Assembly: GCA_944383905.1 (NCBI GenBank) | Contig: CALWRI010000010.1 | Coordinates: 1,589-65,588, forward strand | From: an uncultured Christensenellaceae bacterium | GTDB lineage: Bacteria > Bacillota > Clostridia > Christensenellales > UBA3700 | Reading direction: 5' to 3' | DNA length: 64,000 nt | Shown here: in pieces, positions 1 through 9,481 of the stretch | Numbering within the stretch: position 1 is the first letter of the stretch | Layout: every line of letters begins with the position of its first letter | Position numbers and translations under genes: made by a program | The notes under the pieces: model-generated | What the model saw: the letters and a program-made list of their open reading frames with translations, nothing else | Database searches by the model: none | Told to the model about the DNA's origin: nothing

Positions 1-1133
1 GAAAAAAGCTCTATACTTCCATTTACACTATGCGCCTGACGAACTACCGACACGCTCCCGTCTTTCAAAGCATATCTTATGCCGTCTTCTGCAACGTAAT
101 ATATTTTGCCGTCGTTTGCTACATCGTTGTTGTTGCAATCCCATATAACAGGGCAATAATCTTTGTTCCAACCCTCCACCCAATCGTAAGGCTTGTCCTT
201 GATCTCGCAATATATCGCAAGCACTTTGCAATCTTTGAACGCATTATTGCCTATACTCAAAACTCCTTCAGGGATAGTTATGCTATTAAGCGAGCCGCAT
301 TTCCCGAACGCATAAGAATCTATGCTTTCCACACCGTCCGGTATGTTTATACATGTCAGTAAATTACAATTGTAAAACGCATTTTCCTTTACGTTGATAA
401 TATTAGTTATCGTAACGCTTTGTAACCGTGCAGGAACATAATTATTATTATTCACATAAGATTGCGCACCGAATATATAGCCGAAAGAAGTCTCATCTGT
501 TTCTTCTTTACTTGCTCCGATAAACGGCAACATGATGCTCTCAAGAGAAACACATCCTTCAAACGCCCCTATACCGATCGACGTAATCGTATCAGGTACA
601 TAAACGTGCTTTAGTCCGGTAGAATTCGCAAATGCCGAAGAAGCAATCTGCTCCACCGCCGTTCCGTTAATCGATTGCGGAATAATCAGAACAGTTTCTT
701 TTTTACCCTCCTCTGTAATTCCGATGATTGAATTGTCTGCTACAATAAACAGATTTTCGTATCCATCTTGTAAAACCATTACGATACACGTTTCCGTCTT
801 GCCGTTTGAAGACGATACGGTAATCGTAGCAACTCCTGAAGATTTAGCAGTAACTAATCCGTACGACACCGTTGCAACAGAAGAGTCAGAACTTTCCCAC
901 TTTAGGCTTTTATTCGTTGCATTTTTAGGAAACACGTTAGCTTCGATAGTTGCGTTTGCGCCTGTTTCCATCACTAATTCTGTTTGACTCAGTTCGACTG
1001 ACTCAACTTCTATAACTGCCGGAAGATCATCACCGAAAGCGCCTTTTTCGTCACAAGCCGTTACCGACACAATTATAGTTAAAAGTAAACATAAAACTAT
1101 AATCTTAATCAAAAATCCCTTCCTGTTGTTCAT
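1..1133 (-). CDS. Lipoprotein with Ig-like (Big_2) domain and BspA-type leucine-rich repeats (partial, runs off the left edge)
   Basis: Hand translation (absent from the ORF track): MNNRKGFLIKIIVLCLLLTIIVSVTAC lipobox; VESVELSQTEL...ATNKSLKWESSDSSVATV Big_2 motif; IPQSING..IASSAF, VPDTITSIGIGAFEGC LRR_5 repeats; AGGAG RBS upstream. Confidence 0.8.
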   Translation of the reverse strand, partial: MNNRKGFLIKIIVLCLLLTIIVSVTACDEKGAFGDDLPAVIEVESVELSQTELVMETGANATIEANVFPKNATNKSLKWESSDSSVATVSYGLVTAKSSGVATITVSSSNGKTETCIVMVLQDGYENLFIVADNSIIGITEEGKKETVLIIPQSINGTAVEQIASSAFANSTGLKHVYVPDTITSIGIGAFEGCVSLESIMLPFIGASKEETDETSFGYIFGAQSYVNNNNYVPARLQSVTITNIINVKENAFYNCNLLTCINIPDGVESIDSYAFGKCGSLNSITIPEGVLSIGNNAFKDCKVLAIYCEIKDKPYDWVEGWNKDYCPVIWDCNNNDVANDGKIYYVAEDGIRYALKDGSVSVVRQAHSVNGSIELF

Positions 1134-1234
1134 TGTCATTCTCTCCTATAAGTTATTGAAAATTGCCAATGTTGATAATATATACCTATTCATTATTAAG
1201 TATAGTTAAATCTAACTTTGATGTCAATTTATTT

Positions 1235-1252
1235 TAACTATATGTATAGTTA
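1235..1252. promoter_or_regulatory. Perfect palindrome TAACTATA-TG-TATAGTTA, probable XRE operator in the divergent promoter region
   Basis: 8-2-8 inverted repeat; extra half-site TATAGTTA at 1201-1208. Confidence 0.5.
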
Positions 1253-1288
1253 GATAATGTAGTAAACTCGATATCAGGAGATACTGCG

Positions 1289-1609
1289 ATGGACATAATT
1301 GCCAAATTAAACAGATTGCGTTTAGAAAGAAATATGAGCGTTTACAGGCTCGCCGAACTTTCGGGATTGAACCAGTCTACGCTTGCCAACACATTTTCAA
1401 GAGGAATCATCCCTTCTATTCAGAATCTGGAAGTTATCTGCCAGACTTTAGGACTGACTCTCGCGCAATTCTTTACCGAAGACGAATTGGTTCTGCGAGT
1501 AACCCCGAAAGAAGCTCTCTTCTTTTCGGAATATAAAAAATTACCTTTACCTATCAAATCGTCCGTTGAAAATATCGTGCATTCGATAGCAAACACAACA
1601 AGAGAATAA
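1289..1609 (+). CDS. XRE-family HTH transcriptional regulator
   Basis: LRLERNMSVYRLAELSGLNQSTLANTFSRGIIPSIQNLEVIC; AGGAG RBS. Confidence 0.85.
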   Translation: MDIIAKLNRLRLERNMSVYRLAELSGLNQSTLANTFSRGIIPSIQNLEVICQTLGLTLAQFFTEDELVLRVTPKEALFFSEYKKLPLPIKSSVENIVHSIANTTRE

Positions 1610-1656
1610 CTTGTTGCACGACTGTCTATGAAACTATTCGACTTTGTGTAAATACG

Positions 1657-1716
1657 CTCCACCAAGACGGCAAAACGGCACCTTAATCGGGTGCCGTTTT
1701 TGTTCGTCTTGGGGAG
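1657..1716. terminator. Long hairpin / bidirectional terminator starting at a CTCCACCA tRNA-like 3' end
   Basis: CCAAGACGGCAAAACGGCACC...GGTGCCGTTTTTGTTCGTCTTGG. Confidence 0.65.
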
Positions 1717-1848
1717 ATAAGTGGTCGTCGACCCAGTTGTGCCAAGCACAACGGATGCGGCGCGGCAGTACCGATATTGTCAGTCGGAATTGCCGATCTT
1801 CCCGTCGTTCCGTCTGATTCTCGAACAATAAAATTTTTTGGTTTCCTA

Positions 1849-1900
1849 TTGATTACTCCGTCTTTGTGTGTTAAAATGAACATAAAGCAAAAATGTTCAT
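1849..1900 (+). promoter_or_regulatory. SigA-type promoter overlapped by a probable TetR operator
   Basis: TTGATT-N17-TAAAAT (1849-1877); inverted repeat ATGAACAT-N9-ATGTTCAT (1876-1900). Confidence 0.6.
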
Positions 1901-1916
1901 AAAAAAGGAGCAGAGC

Positions 1917-2447
1917 GTGCCGAAAATACTTGACGTTTCAAAAGAAAAGATACTGCTCGTCGCGGGCGGAATTTTGAAAAAGGACGGATACCGAAAACTA
2001 TCCGTCAGAGAAGTTGCGCGCGTCTGCGGTATGGCAACCGGCACGTTTTACCGTTATTTCCCGTCAAAGGATTATCTTGTCGCGGAGATAATCGCGCGGG
2101 ACTGGGCGGCAACTTATGGAAAGATGCGCGAGGTCGCGAAAACGGCAAAGACATTCGAAGAAGGCTTTATGACGTTTTTCAGGCTGACAGACGCGTTCTC
2201 TGCCCGCTTCGAAAAGGTTTTCAAGGAATACTCCGTCACGGTCGGCTCACACGAAACGCTGTCGTCGAGGCACTGTATGTTGAGAGAACAGATAGCCGAT
2301 TGCACGAAAGCACTTGCTTTGAACGCCGGGCAACCTCATCTGGCAGCCGTCGCGGAAATGATCGCGGAATGTCTGCTCTCGGTCATAAACCAACCCGATC
2401 TGAACGAAAAATCGCTTGACGATTTTATAAAAATAATGATCTATTAA
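1917..2447 (+). CDS. TetR/AcrR-family regulator
   Basis: GYRKLSVREVARVCGMATGTFYRYFPSKDYL; GTG start after AAGGAG. Confidence 0.9.
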   Translation: MPKILDVSKEKILLVAGGILKKDGYRKLSVREVARVCGMATGTFYRYFPSKDYLVAEIIARDWAATYGKMREVAKTAKTFEEGFMTFFRLTDAFSARFEKVFKEYSVTVGSHETLSSRHCMLREQIADCTKALALNAGQPHLAAVAEMIAECLLSVINQPDLNEKSLDDFIKIMIY

Positions 2448-2460
2448 CGGAGGCAGCAAT

Positions 2461-3390
2461 ATGAGCAGTTTCAAAGATTTGCGTATAGTCGACAACTTTT
2501 ACCAGACGTCGGCGTTTTTCCCGATGCCGACTGTGATGATAGGCACGCTGACGGACGACGGCAAAACCACGCTCGGGCCATATTCTCTCGTCCAGCCGTA
2601 TTACATCGCGGGAAAGGACTATTACGCGATGTTACTTCTCTGCCGCAATTCATCGAATACGGCGCAGAACATACTCAAGCGCAAAAAGTGCACGATAAAC
2701 TTCATCCCCGACAACCGCAGGTATTTCAAAGAAGCGGTACGCATGGGATTCCCGGGAGACACGCCCGAAGAAAAGATGAAAGACTGCATATTCACTCTCG
2801 AAGACGGTCTGCGCAAACAGGAAGACCCGTCGGGCGAATATCCGCAGGTCGTGAGCGAATGTTTTCAGGCTTTCGAATGCACATGGATTGACACTCTCGA
2901 CAACGCGCAGGACGACAAACCGGGCGAACTCAACGGCTATCCCGAACCTTATCACGACTTCAACGGCATAACCTCAAAATTCGGCGCGCATTTTATCCTG
3001 AAGATAGACAAGATATTGATGAAAGAAAAATATTACAACGCGATAGTAGACGGCGTCAGGGCAAAGGACTTCCCGCCCGTACCCGTCGACTACGGCTACC
3101 GCGACTCCAAAAACTTCTGGTACACAAAGCACCGCCGCCCGACGCCCGAACTTCTCCCGATAAGAGAGACGAGTCTGGAATCGGTGCAGTATGCGGCAAA
3201 GCGCATAGACCCGACCGTGAAATTTACCGACGAAGCGTGCGCAAAACTCGTAAAGGTCCCAAGGATATTCCTGCCTATGGTTCTCAAAGGCTGCGTCGCG
3301 TGGGCAAAGGAAAACAACGTCACGCTGATCACCGCAGAGCATATGGACATCATCAACGATAAGCGCGCAAAGGAGAAAAAGAAAAAGTAA
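2461..3390 (+). CDS. Flavin reductase-like (DIM6/NTAB) protein with C-terminal PCP_red-like domain
   Basis: FFPMPTVMIGT..LGPYSL..SNTAQNILKRKKCTINF split-barrel motif; C-terminal FTDEACAKLVKVPRIF...WAKENNVTLITAEHM. Confidence 0.65.
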   Translation: MSSFKDLRIVDNFYQTSAFFPMPTVMIGTLTDDGKTTLGPYSLVQPYYIAGKDYYAMLLLCRNSSNTAQNILKRKKCTINFIPDNRRYFKEAVRMGFPGDTPEEKMKDCIFTLEDGLRKQEDPSGEYPQVVSECFQAFECTWIDTLDNAQDDKPGELNGYPEPYHDFNGITSKFGAHFILKIDKILMKEKYYNAIVDGVRAKDFPPVPVDYGYRDSKNFWYTKHRRPTPELLPIRETSLESVQYAAKRIDPTVKFTDEACAKLVKVPRIFLPMVLKGCVAWAKENNVTLITAEHMDIINDKRAKEKKKK

Positions 3391-3420
3391 CCTCTGCGAC
3401 TTATCGACAAACACTCCACA

Positions 3421-3455
3421 AAAAACAGCCTGCCGTAAAAGGCAGGCTGTTTTTT
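3421..3455. terminator. Bidirectional intrinsic terminator
   Basis: AAAAACAGCCTGCC-GTAAAA-GGCAGGCTGTTTTTT between convergent genes. Confidence 0.85.
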
Positions 3456-3480
3456 ATCGAGCGGTCGCACGGTCGCACCG

Positions 3481-4884
3481 TTACTGTATAGTATACGTTC
3501 CTTTTACCGCCGCGTTGATCTGATTGAGAAGAGACAGCTCGGGGTCAACGGAATCGCAGCCGAAATGCCATATCATCACGCCGCCCGCACCGCAATCAAT
3601 CGCGTAACGGGTCTTGTCGTAAACCATCTGTCTGCCATTGTAATAATTGGACAATGCCGGGTGCTTTACTCCGTCAAGATCGGTATATTCCTGAACGACA
3701 GCGTTTTCGAAAGGAGAAAGTTGCGCCGCAACGTCATAATAATTTCCCCAGAACGTATCTTCGTTGACAGGTCTCGAATAGAACGGTATGCCGAGATTTA
3801 CCTTGGACAAATCAATGCCTTTTTTCTCGAAATTCTTGAGAATTGAGTAGCACGAATTGTAAAAAGTCGAATGATTGCCCCTCTCGTCAAACATATCGTA
3901 AGACATGACCTCTATCGAATCGAGCGGTTCGAGATCCTTGACCGAATAGCCGAAAGTCCTGATGCACCAATCCGAAATGGCGGCGGTCAGGATGCGGTCT
4001 TTTCCGAGAGCGGCGTCCAGCTTCTTTATGTAGTCGGCAAACACGTTGAAATCCTTTATCTTTTCGGGATACTCGTAATCGAAAGAGACCCCGTCAAAAC
4101 CGAAATCGTCGAGAAGTTTCAGGATATTGGCTGTGAGTTTGTCGGCGTACTTGTCCATCGCGCTGTTGTGCCTTTCGGTCGTAGTCATTCCGTCCCCGAA
4201 ATCGCGGTTTGCAAGCAGCGTAACGACGATCGAAGCAGACGGATTGATTTCTTTCAGATTCTCCACGGCGCCTTTGAGCACTTGCTCGCCGTCGTAAGTC
4301 TCGCCGTTTATATCGTAATCGACGAAAACTATTTCGCCTTTCGCATCGAAATAGGTGCAGCCGAACACGTTGAACTGCGTCACGCAACCTGCGATCTCCT
4401 TCTGCTTCTGCGTGATCGTAAAGGCAGTGTCCGCATATATATAACTCATCACGCGAAAATCTTCGGCTTCCTTTATGATCAGATAGGCTTCAAGATCGGC
4501 AAACTGCCACTTCCCGTCCGACGTAAGGACTTTTATCGTCAGTTTTGACGTCTCCGTCGGAGCGAACGTGCAATAGCGGTAACCGTCTACATAGTCGTTG
4601 CCGTAAACCGGAGTCTCGTTTCCGTCGGCATATATCTCAAACGAAGTGACGTTGCTGCCTTTTTCTTTGAGAACGACGGTATTGATCAATACCTTTTTGC
4701 CGAAATCGAATACGGCGCTGTCTCCCGCCCCGCCTTCGTCGGAAACGAAAGACCCGCCTTCTGCCAGGTTTTTATAGTTGGAAGAAATAGCGTCGGGAGT
4801 CTTGTCCGAACAAGCGCCGAAAAACACGGCGGTAAACGCGAGCACGACCATAATAAGAAAGGTTAAAACTTTTTTCATACGCAT
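3481..4884 (-). CDS. GH18 glycoside hydrolase lipoprotein (chitinase/ENGase-like)
   Basis: Lipobox FFGAC; FDGVSFDYEYP catalytic motif; VMSYD; LGIPFY; GGVMIW; N-terminal CBM/discoidin-like segment. Confidence 0.85.
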   Translation of the reverse strand: MRMKKVLTFLIMVVLAFTAVFFGACSDKTPDAISSNYKNLAEGGSFVSDEGGAGDSAVFDFGKKVLINTVVLKEKGSNVTSFEIYADGNETPVYGNDYVDGYRYCTFAPTETSKLTIKVLTSDGKWQFADLEAYLIIKEAEDFRVMSYIYADTAFTITQKQKEIAGCVTQFNVFGCTYFDAKGEIVFVDYDINGETYDGEQVLKGAVENLKEINPSASIVVTLLANRDFGDGMTTTERHNSAMDKYADKLTANILKLLDDFGFDGVSFDYEYPEKIKDFNVFADYIKKLDAALGKDRILTAAISDWCIRTFGYSVKDLEPLDSIEVMSYDMFDERGNHSTFYNSCYSILKNFEKKGIDLSKVNLGIPFYSRPVNEDTFWGNYYDVAAQLSPFENAVVQEYTDLDGVKHPALSNYYNGRQMVYDKTRYAIDCGAGGVMIWHFGCDSVDPELSLLNQINAAVKGTYTIQ

Positions 4885-5170
4885 ACCTCACGGATATTAT
4901 ATCAACAATATCGGTTTTTGACAACTGCGCAACAAACCTTTGACCGCAATCTTAAAAAGATTAAAATTCCGTGCCCGTGTCTGCAAAACCGGTTTATCCG
5001 CAAATAATACCCCACCGTCGCGATTTTGATTTTTTCTTGCGGACACAAAAAACGGAGCGCATGACCACGCTCCCGACAACAACCGCAAACCGACGGCATA
5101 TTCAAAAGAGAGGCGAACAAGCGCCTCTCTTTGACCTATTTCCAGAAATTTACACACAAAAGACTACGGT

Positions 5171-5386
5171 TTACTTTTCTTCGTTCTTTTCGTCGTATCC
5201 GAGCATATAATCGGTGCTCTTTCCGAACAGCTGAGAAAGATCCACCAATGCCTGATAGCTGGGCTCCTTGAGACCTCTTTCCCAGTTGCTTATAGATACT
5301 TGAGATACGCGCATATAATTTGCAACGTATTGCTGGTTGTAACCGTGCTGAATTCTTTGTTCCTTCAATCTTTCTGCAAATTTCAT
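5171..5386 (-). CDS. XRE-family HTH regulator
   Basis: MKFAERLKEQRIQHGYNQQYVANYMRVSQVSISNWERGLKEPS; AGGAGG RBS. Confidence 0.85.
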   Translation of the reverse strand: MKFAERLKEQRIQHGYNQQYVANYMRVSQVSISNWERGLKEPSYQALVDLSQLFGKSTDYMLGYDEKNEEK

Positions 5387-5421
5387 ATTGCCTCCTTTGC
5401 CGCATATACGGCACAAATATT

Positions 5422-6117
5422 TTATTCGTTCAATCTTTGAGACGAGATCATCTCCCAATCGAACGCATTGTCCTCAAAGCTCAAAAGCACTGCCTCTATC
5501 TGCTCTTTGTCCACAGGCAGTCCGCGCTCCTCTTCGTACATCTCGAAAAAACCGTCCATGTCGTTGATTATGTCGAGTGCGCCGATATGGAAACAATCAA
5601 GCACTTTCTTGACGAAAGGATACGCGTTGTAATATCCTCCGACGGCATTGCACATCGCATATGCCACGATCCAGGCGATATCCTGAAAGGGCAACCCCTC
5701 CCTTACCGCCGGAAAACTGACGCAGCAACACCGGTCGTCCACGATGATAAAATCGTCAAAATCCGCTTTTCCCAAAATCAAACCTTCGTTGAGAGTATAG
5801 AACATCTGAAGGAATATGCAAAGCCTGCTGGCAAGATTTTCAAGCGCCTTCTCGTCGTCGCCCATCATCGCCATCCTGTACGAATCCGCGAGCGACTGCC
5901 CTTCGATATACTGCGAGATAATATAATTGTCGCGATTTTCGACAACTTCGGGCGCATATCCCGTTTTTGAAATAACTCCCATTATCCGCGCTTCGGTCTG
6001 CGGACGCTTGTTGTCATCATAGATCTTGATCACGCATTTACGACCCTTGTAATGGATCACGGATATGCTTTTGTTCCCGCTGTGCAAACGCTTTATGGTA
6101 CTATAACTGTGCGACAT
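5422..6117 (-). CDS. Protein kinase-like fold protein (RIO/APH-like), degenerate catalytic loop
   Basis: CVIKIY, EARIM, YAPEV, IISQYIEGQSL kinase N-lobe and hinge; canonical HxD and DF motifs absent. Confidence 0.55.
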   Translation of the reverse strand: MSHSYSTIKRLHSGNKSISVIHYKGRKCVIKIYDDNKRPQTEARIMGVISKTGYAPEVVENRDNYIISQYIEGQSLADSYRMAMMGDDEKALENLASRLCIFLQMFYTLNEGLILGKADFDDFIIVDDRCCCVSFPAVREGLPFQDIAWIVAYAMCNAVGGYYNAYPFVKKVLDCFHIGALDIINDMDGFFEMYEEERGLPVDKEQIEAVLLSFEDNAFDWEMISSQRLNE

Positions 6118-6484
6118 CTTTTACCCTATGAATATTATCCGCCATTTCTCCTTGTTTGTCAAAGAAATTCGAGCTTTTTGCTCTTTGACGAACGCTTTTT
6201 TTGTCGCTTAACGGTTTCACTGCGCGAGTCCGATCCTTTTGACGATTTCCCGTTTGTAACGTACAACAGATATTTACCGATAATCGCTTGTAAAATATAC
6301 GGTTTTTATATCTATAAATTATAATATCAAACTTTTGGAAATTTGTCAAGAATTTTTGCATGATAGCCATAAAAATACTATCAATTTTACATTAAAAGTA
6401 ATATCCGCGGCCACCGCAAAATTGTCCTTTATTTTTATACATGACAGTCCTGCGATGAACCGCGCCTGTTTTTTACCCTTGGTT

Positions 6485-8713
6485 TTACTTTCTCACACTG
6501 TTTATTATCGCTACGATGCAAACGCCTACGTCGGCGATGACCGCAAGCCACATCATCGGGTTCCAGACGAGCGAAACGACCATGATCGCGACTTTTGCAA
6601 CGAGAGATAAAACTATATTTTCGGTCACTCTCCTTTTGGTCTTTTCCGCAACGGCAAACGCTCTCGGTATGCCCGACACCGACCCCGTGGACAACACCAC
6701 GTCGCTCGCTTCGACCGAAGCGTCGTTGCCGAGTCCTCCCACGCAAACGCCGAGATTTGCAGCCTTGATCGCGGGTGCGTCGTTGAGTCCGTCGCCGACG
6801 AACATGACTTTTTCTCCCGAGGCTTTCAGTTGCTCCACCGCCTCGTATTTATCCTGCGGCAACAGCGATGCGCGGTATTCGTCTATGCCGACGCTTTTTG
6901 CGACGAGCCTTGCGTTTTCCTCGGTGTCGCCCGTCAGCATAATCACCTTTTTTCCCTGCGTCTTCAACGCGGCGACGACGTCTTTTGCGTCTTCCTTTAC
7001 CGCGTCGCTCAACGTGACGTATCCGATCTGTATGCCGTCTCTTGCGAAATACACGGCGCTGCCGTACCCTTCGGACACATCCGTGACGTTCACCCCGTTT
7101 TCCCGCATAAGTTTAAGATTGCCGGCGACGAGTTTTTTGCCTTTGTAGGTGCAACCCACGCCTTTGCCTGCATATTCGCGATAATCCGATATATCGGAAA
7201 CGTCGCCGCCTCCCGCGTATTTCAGCACGGAAATCGCTATCGGATGAGTGGACATACTCTCGCAAACCCTCGCCACTTCTTTGAGGTCTTGAGTCGTAAA
7301 GCCTTTTGAAGTCACGGCGGACGTCACTTCGAAAACGCCTTTCGTCAGAGTCCCCGTCTTATCCATGCAGATGGCGGTTATTCCTCTCATCGCTTCGAGA
7401 TAGTTGCCGCCCTTTACGAGCACGCCTTGCTTCGAGCACTTTCCTATCCCTGCGAAAAACGCAAGGGGTATGGATATGACCAATGCGCAAGGACATGATA
7501 TGACAAGGAATACGAGTGCCTTTTTCAGCCATATCTCCGTGAGAGCCACGGCGTAATTTTCGTAAAAAAGCGGAGGCAGAAAAGCCACGATGAGAGCGAG
7601 CGCAAAAACCGTCGGCGTATAGATCGCCGCAAATTTCGTGATCAGCTTTTGCGCCTTCGGCTTGTTCTCCTGCGCATCTTCGACGAGCCTGAGAATCTTG
7701 GACGCCTGCGTATCTTTGAATTTTTTGCTTATCCTGACTTTGAGGCTGTTGCCCGTGTTTACCGTTCCTCCCGAAACCTCGCTGCCGACAGCTACCGCGA
7801 CAGGCATACTCTCTCCCGTCATACTGCTGCAATCCACGGCGCTCTCCCCTTCTTCGACCACGCCGTCCGAAGGTATTTTCTCTCCTTTTCTGACGATAAC
7901 GAGATCTCCGACTTCTAGACTCTCGCTGTCGACTTCAACCGTCGAATCGCCTTCTATTTTGAGACAACTCTCCGCTTTGAGCCCCAGCAGCCTTACTATA
8001 TCTCCTTTCGACTTTGCTATCGCCGCGTCCTGCAAAGTCTCGCCCACGCAGTAGAGCAACATAACGGCAACGCCTTCGACGTACTCGCCGAGAGCCATCG
8101 CGCCGACCGAAGCTACCGTCATAAGCATATTTTCGTTGAAGACGTCGCCTTTGAACACTCCTTTGACCGCCTGTATGACGTATTCGTATCCGACGACGAT
8201 GTAAGCGAGGCAATATATCACGATCGAAGCGACGTTGAGACCGCCGCTCGCGTCCGACTCCGCCCCGAACTGACAAATCGCGCCGATCGCCGCAAGAACG
8301 GCGGAACAAGAGATCTTGATTATCGGTTTGATAAAATCGGATATTTTTAATTTCTTCGCGTTGCCGACGTCGACGTGTCCTTTCGCGGCGCAACATTCGC
8401 AACCATCTGTATGAGAATGCCCGTGATCGTGTCCGCAGTCGTGATCGTGTTTGTGACCGTGGTCTATGTGGTCGTGAGCGTGTCCATGATCATGCTCGTG
8501 GTCGTGATCGCAGTGCGTATGTTTGCAGTCATGATCGTGTCCACAGTCATAATCGTGTTTGTGATCGTGGTCTCTGTCGTCGTTGACGTGGTCGTGACCG
8601 TGATCGCAGCAGACCTCTTCTCCCGAAGCGTGAAGGCGCCCGCAATCGTCGTAATCGGGTCGGAAACTCGCATTTTCATCCGTTAACGCTTTGTTCTTAT
8701 ATAATTTTTTCAT
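6485..8713 (-). CDS. cadA: Heavy-metal P1B-type ATPase (Zn/Cd type) with His/Asp/Cys-rich N-terminus
   Basis: TGES, ISCPC, DKTGT, HP, GDGLNDAP; C-terminal K and ADVG typical of P1B-2; start MKKLY after GAGG. Confidence 0.9.
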   Translation of the reverse strand: MKKLYKNKALTDENASFRPDYDDCGRLHASGEEVCCDHGHDHVNDDRDHDHKHDYDCGHDHDCKHTHCDHDHEHDHGHAHDHIDHGHKHDHDCGHDHGHSHTDGCECCAAKGHVDVGNAKKLKISDFIKPIIKISCSAVLAAIGAICQFGAESDASGGLNVASIVIYCLAYIVVGYEYVIQAVKGVFKGDVFNENMLMTVASVGAMALGEYVEGVAVMLLYCVGETLQDAAIAKSKGDIVRLLGLKAESCLKIEGDSTVEVDSESLEVGDLVIVRKGEKIPSDGVVEEGESAVDCSSMTGESMPVAVAVGSEVSGGTVNTGNSLKVRISKKFKDTQASKILRLVEDAQENKPKAQKLITKFAAIYTPTVFALALIVAFLPPLFYENYAVALTEIWLKKALVFLVISCPCALVISIPLAFFAGIGKCSKQGVLVKGGNYLEAMRGITAICMDKTGTLTKGVFEVTSAVTSKGFTTQDLKEVARVCESMSTHPIAISVLKYAGGGDVSDISDYREYAGKGVGCTYKGKKLVAGNLKLMRENGVNVTDVSEGYGSAVYFARDGIQIGYVTLSDAVKEDAKDVVAALKTQGKKVIMLTGDTEENARLVAKSVGIDEYRASLLPQDKYEAVEQLKASGEKVMFVGDGLNDAPAIKAANLGVCVGGLGNDASVEASDVVLSTGSVSGIPRAFAVAEKTKRRVTENIVLSLVAKVAIMVVSLVWNPMMWLAVIADVGVCIVAIINSVRK

Positions 8714-8723
8714 ACAACCGTCC

Positions 8724-9008
8724 TCATTTCGACTTGATATATTTGCCGACGGCATTGACAAGATTGTCCACCGTCTTGTCATAATCTCCTCCGTCGACGC
8801 CTTCCTTTACGCAATGACCGATATGATCGAAAAGCACGTCTTTCGCAACTCCGTCGAGAGCGCATCTGACCGCGCTGATCTGCGTCAGAATGTCTTCGCA
8901 CGAACGGTTTTCAAGCACCATTTTGCTTATGCCGTTCACCTGTCCCTGGATCCTGTTGAGCTTCTTTTCTATCTGTACTGACTTTTCGGTTTGAAGTTTG
9001 CAATCCAT
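8724..9008 (-). CDS. csoR: CsoR/RcnR-family metal-sensing repressor
   Basis: LNRIQGQVNGISKM..SCEDILTQISAVR..DHIGHCV (Cys-His-Cys). Confidence 0.9.
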   Translation of the reverse strand: MDCKLQTEKSVQIEKKLNRIQGQVNGISKMVLENRSCEDILTQISAVRCALDGVAKDVLFDHIGHCVKEGVDGGDYDKTVDNLVNAVGKYIKSK

Positions 9009-9020
9009 ATTTGCCTCCTT

Positions 9021-9082
9021 ATACCCCCACGGGGTATTTGTTTTTCTGTCTATACTATATACCCTCACGGGGTATTTGTCAA
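9021..9082 (-). promoter_or_regulatory. Promoter with two CsoR operators
   Basis: ATACCCCCACGGGGTAT (9021-9037) and ATACCCTCACGGGGTAT (9059-9075); TTGACA-N17-TATAGT on the minus strand. Confidence 0.85.
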
Positions 9083-9244
9083 CGAGTTTTAGTAAGTTTT
9101 CGATTTTTTTGAAAAAACAAAACAGAATTTACGGCGCCCGTTGCGAAACACGACGCAATTTGAAATGCAAACGGTAAAGATACGGCTTTGAAACAGATTG
9201 AAATACAAAAACCCGGACCGACTTTTCGTCTGATCCGGGGTTTG

Positions 9245-9321
9245 TGGTAGCGGTGATCGGAGTCGAACCAATGACCTGCCGGGTATGAACCGGCCGCTCT
9301 AACCAACTAAGCTACACCGCC
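9245..9321 (-). tRNA. tRNA-Met(CAT), elongator type
   Basis: GGCGGTGTAGCTTAGTTGGTTAGAGCGGCCGGTTCATACCCGG...GGTTCGACTCC...ACCA. Confidence 0.9.
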
Positions 9322-9324
9322 AAA

Positions 9325-9399
<75 letters not shown>

Positions 9400-9481
9400 A
9401 CGCACATCGCGTTTCTTGATGCTGTATCATAATAAAATAAAAAATTTTTTTTGTCAAGGAGTTTGACAATATTTTTCAAAA

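Noticed and set aside
4897-5210. Short ORFs between the GH18 and XRE genes (also 6052-6746)
   Set aside because: No RBS or motifs; they overlap promoter regions or real genes.
9079-9306. Short ORFs over the tRNA genes (also 10448-10656)
   Set aside because: They overlap unambiguous tRNAs.
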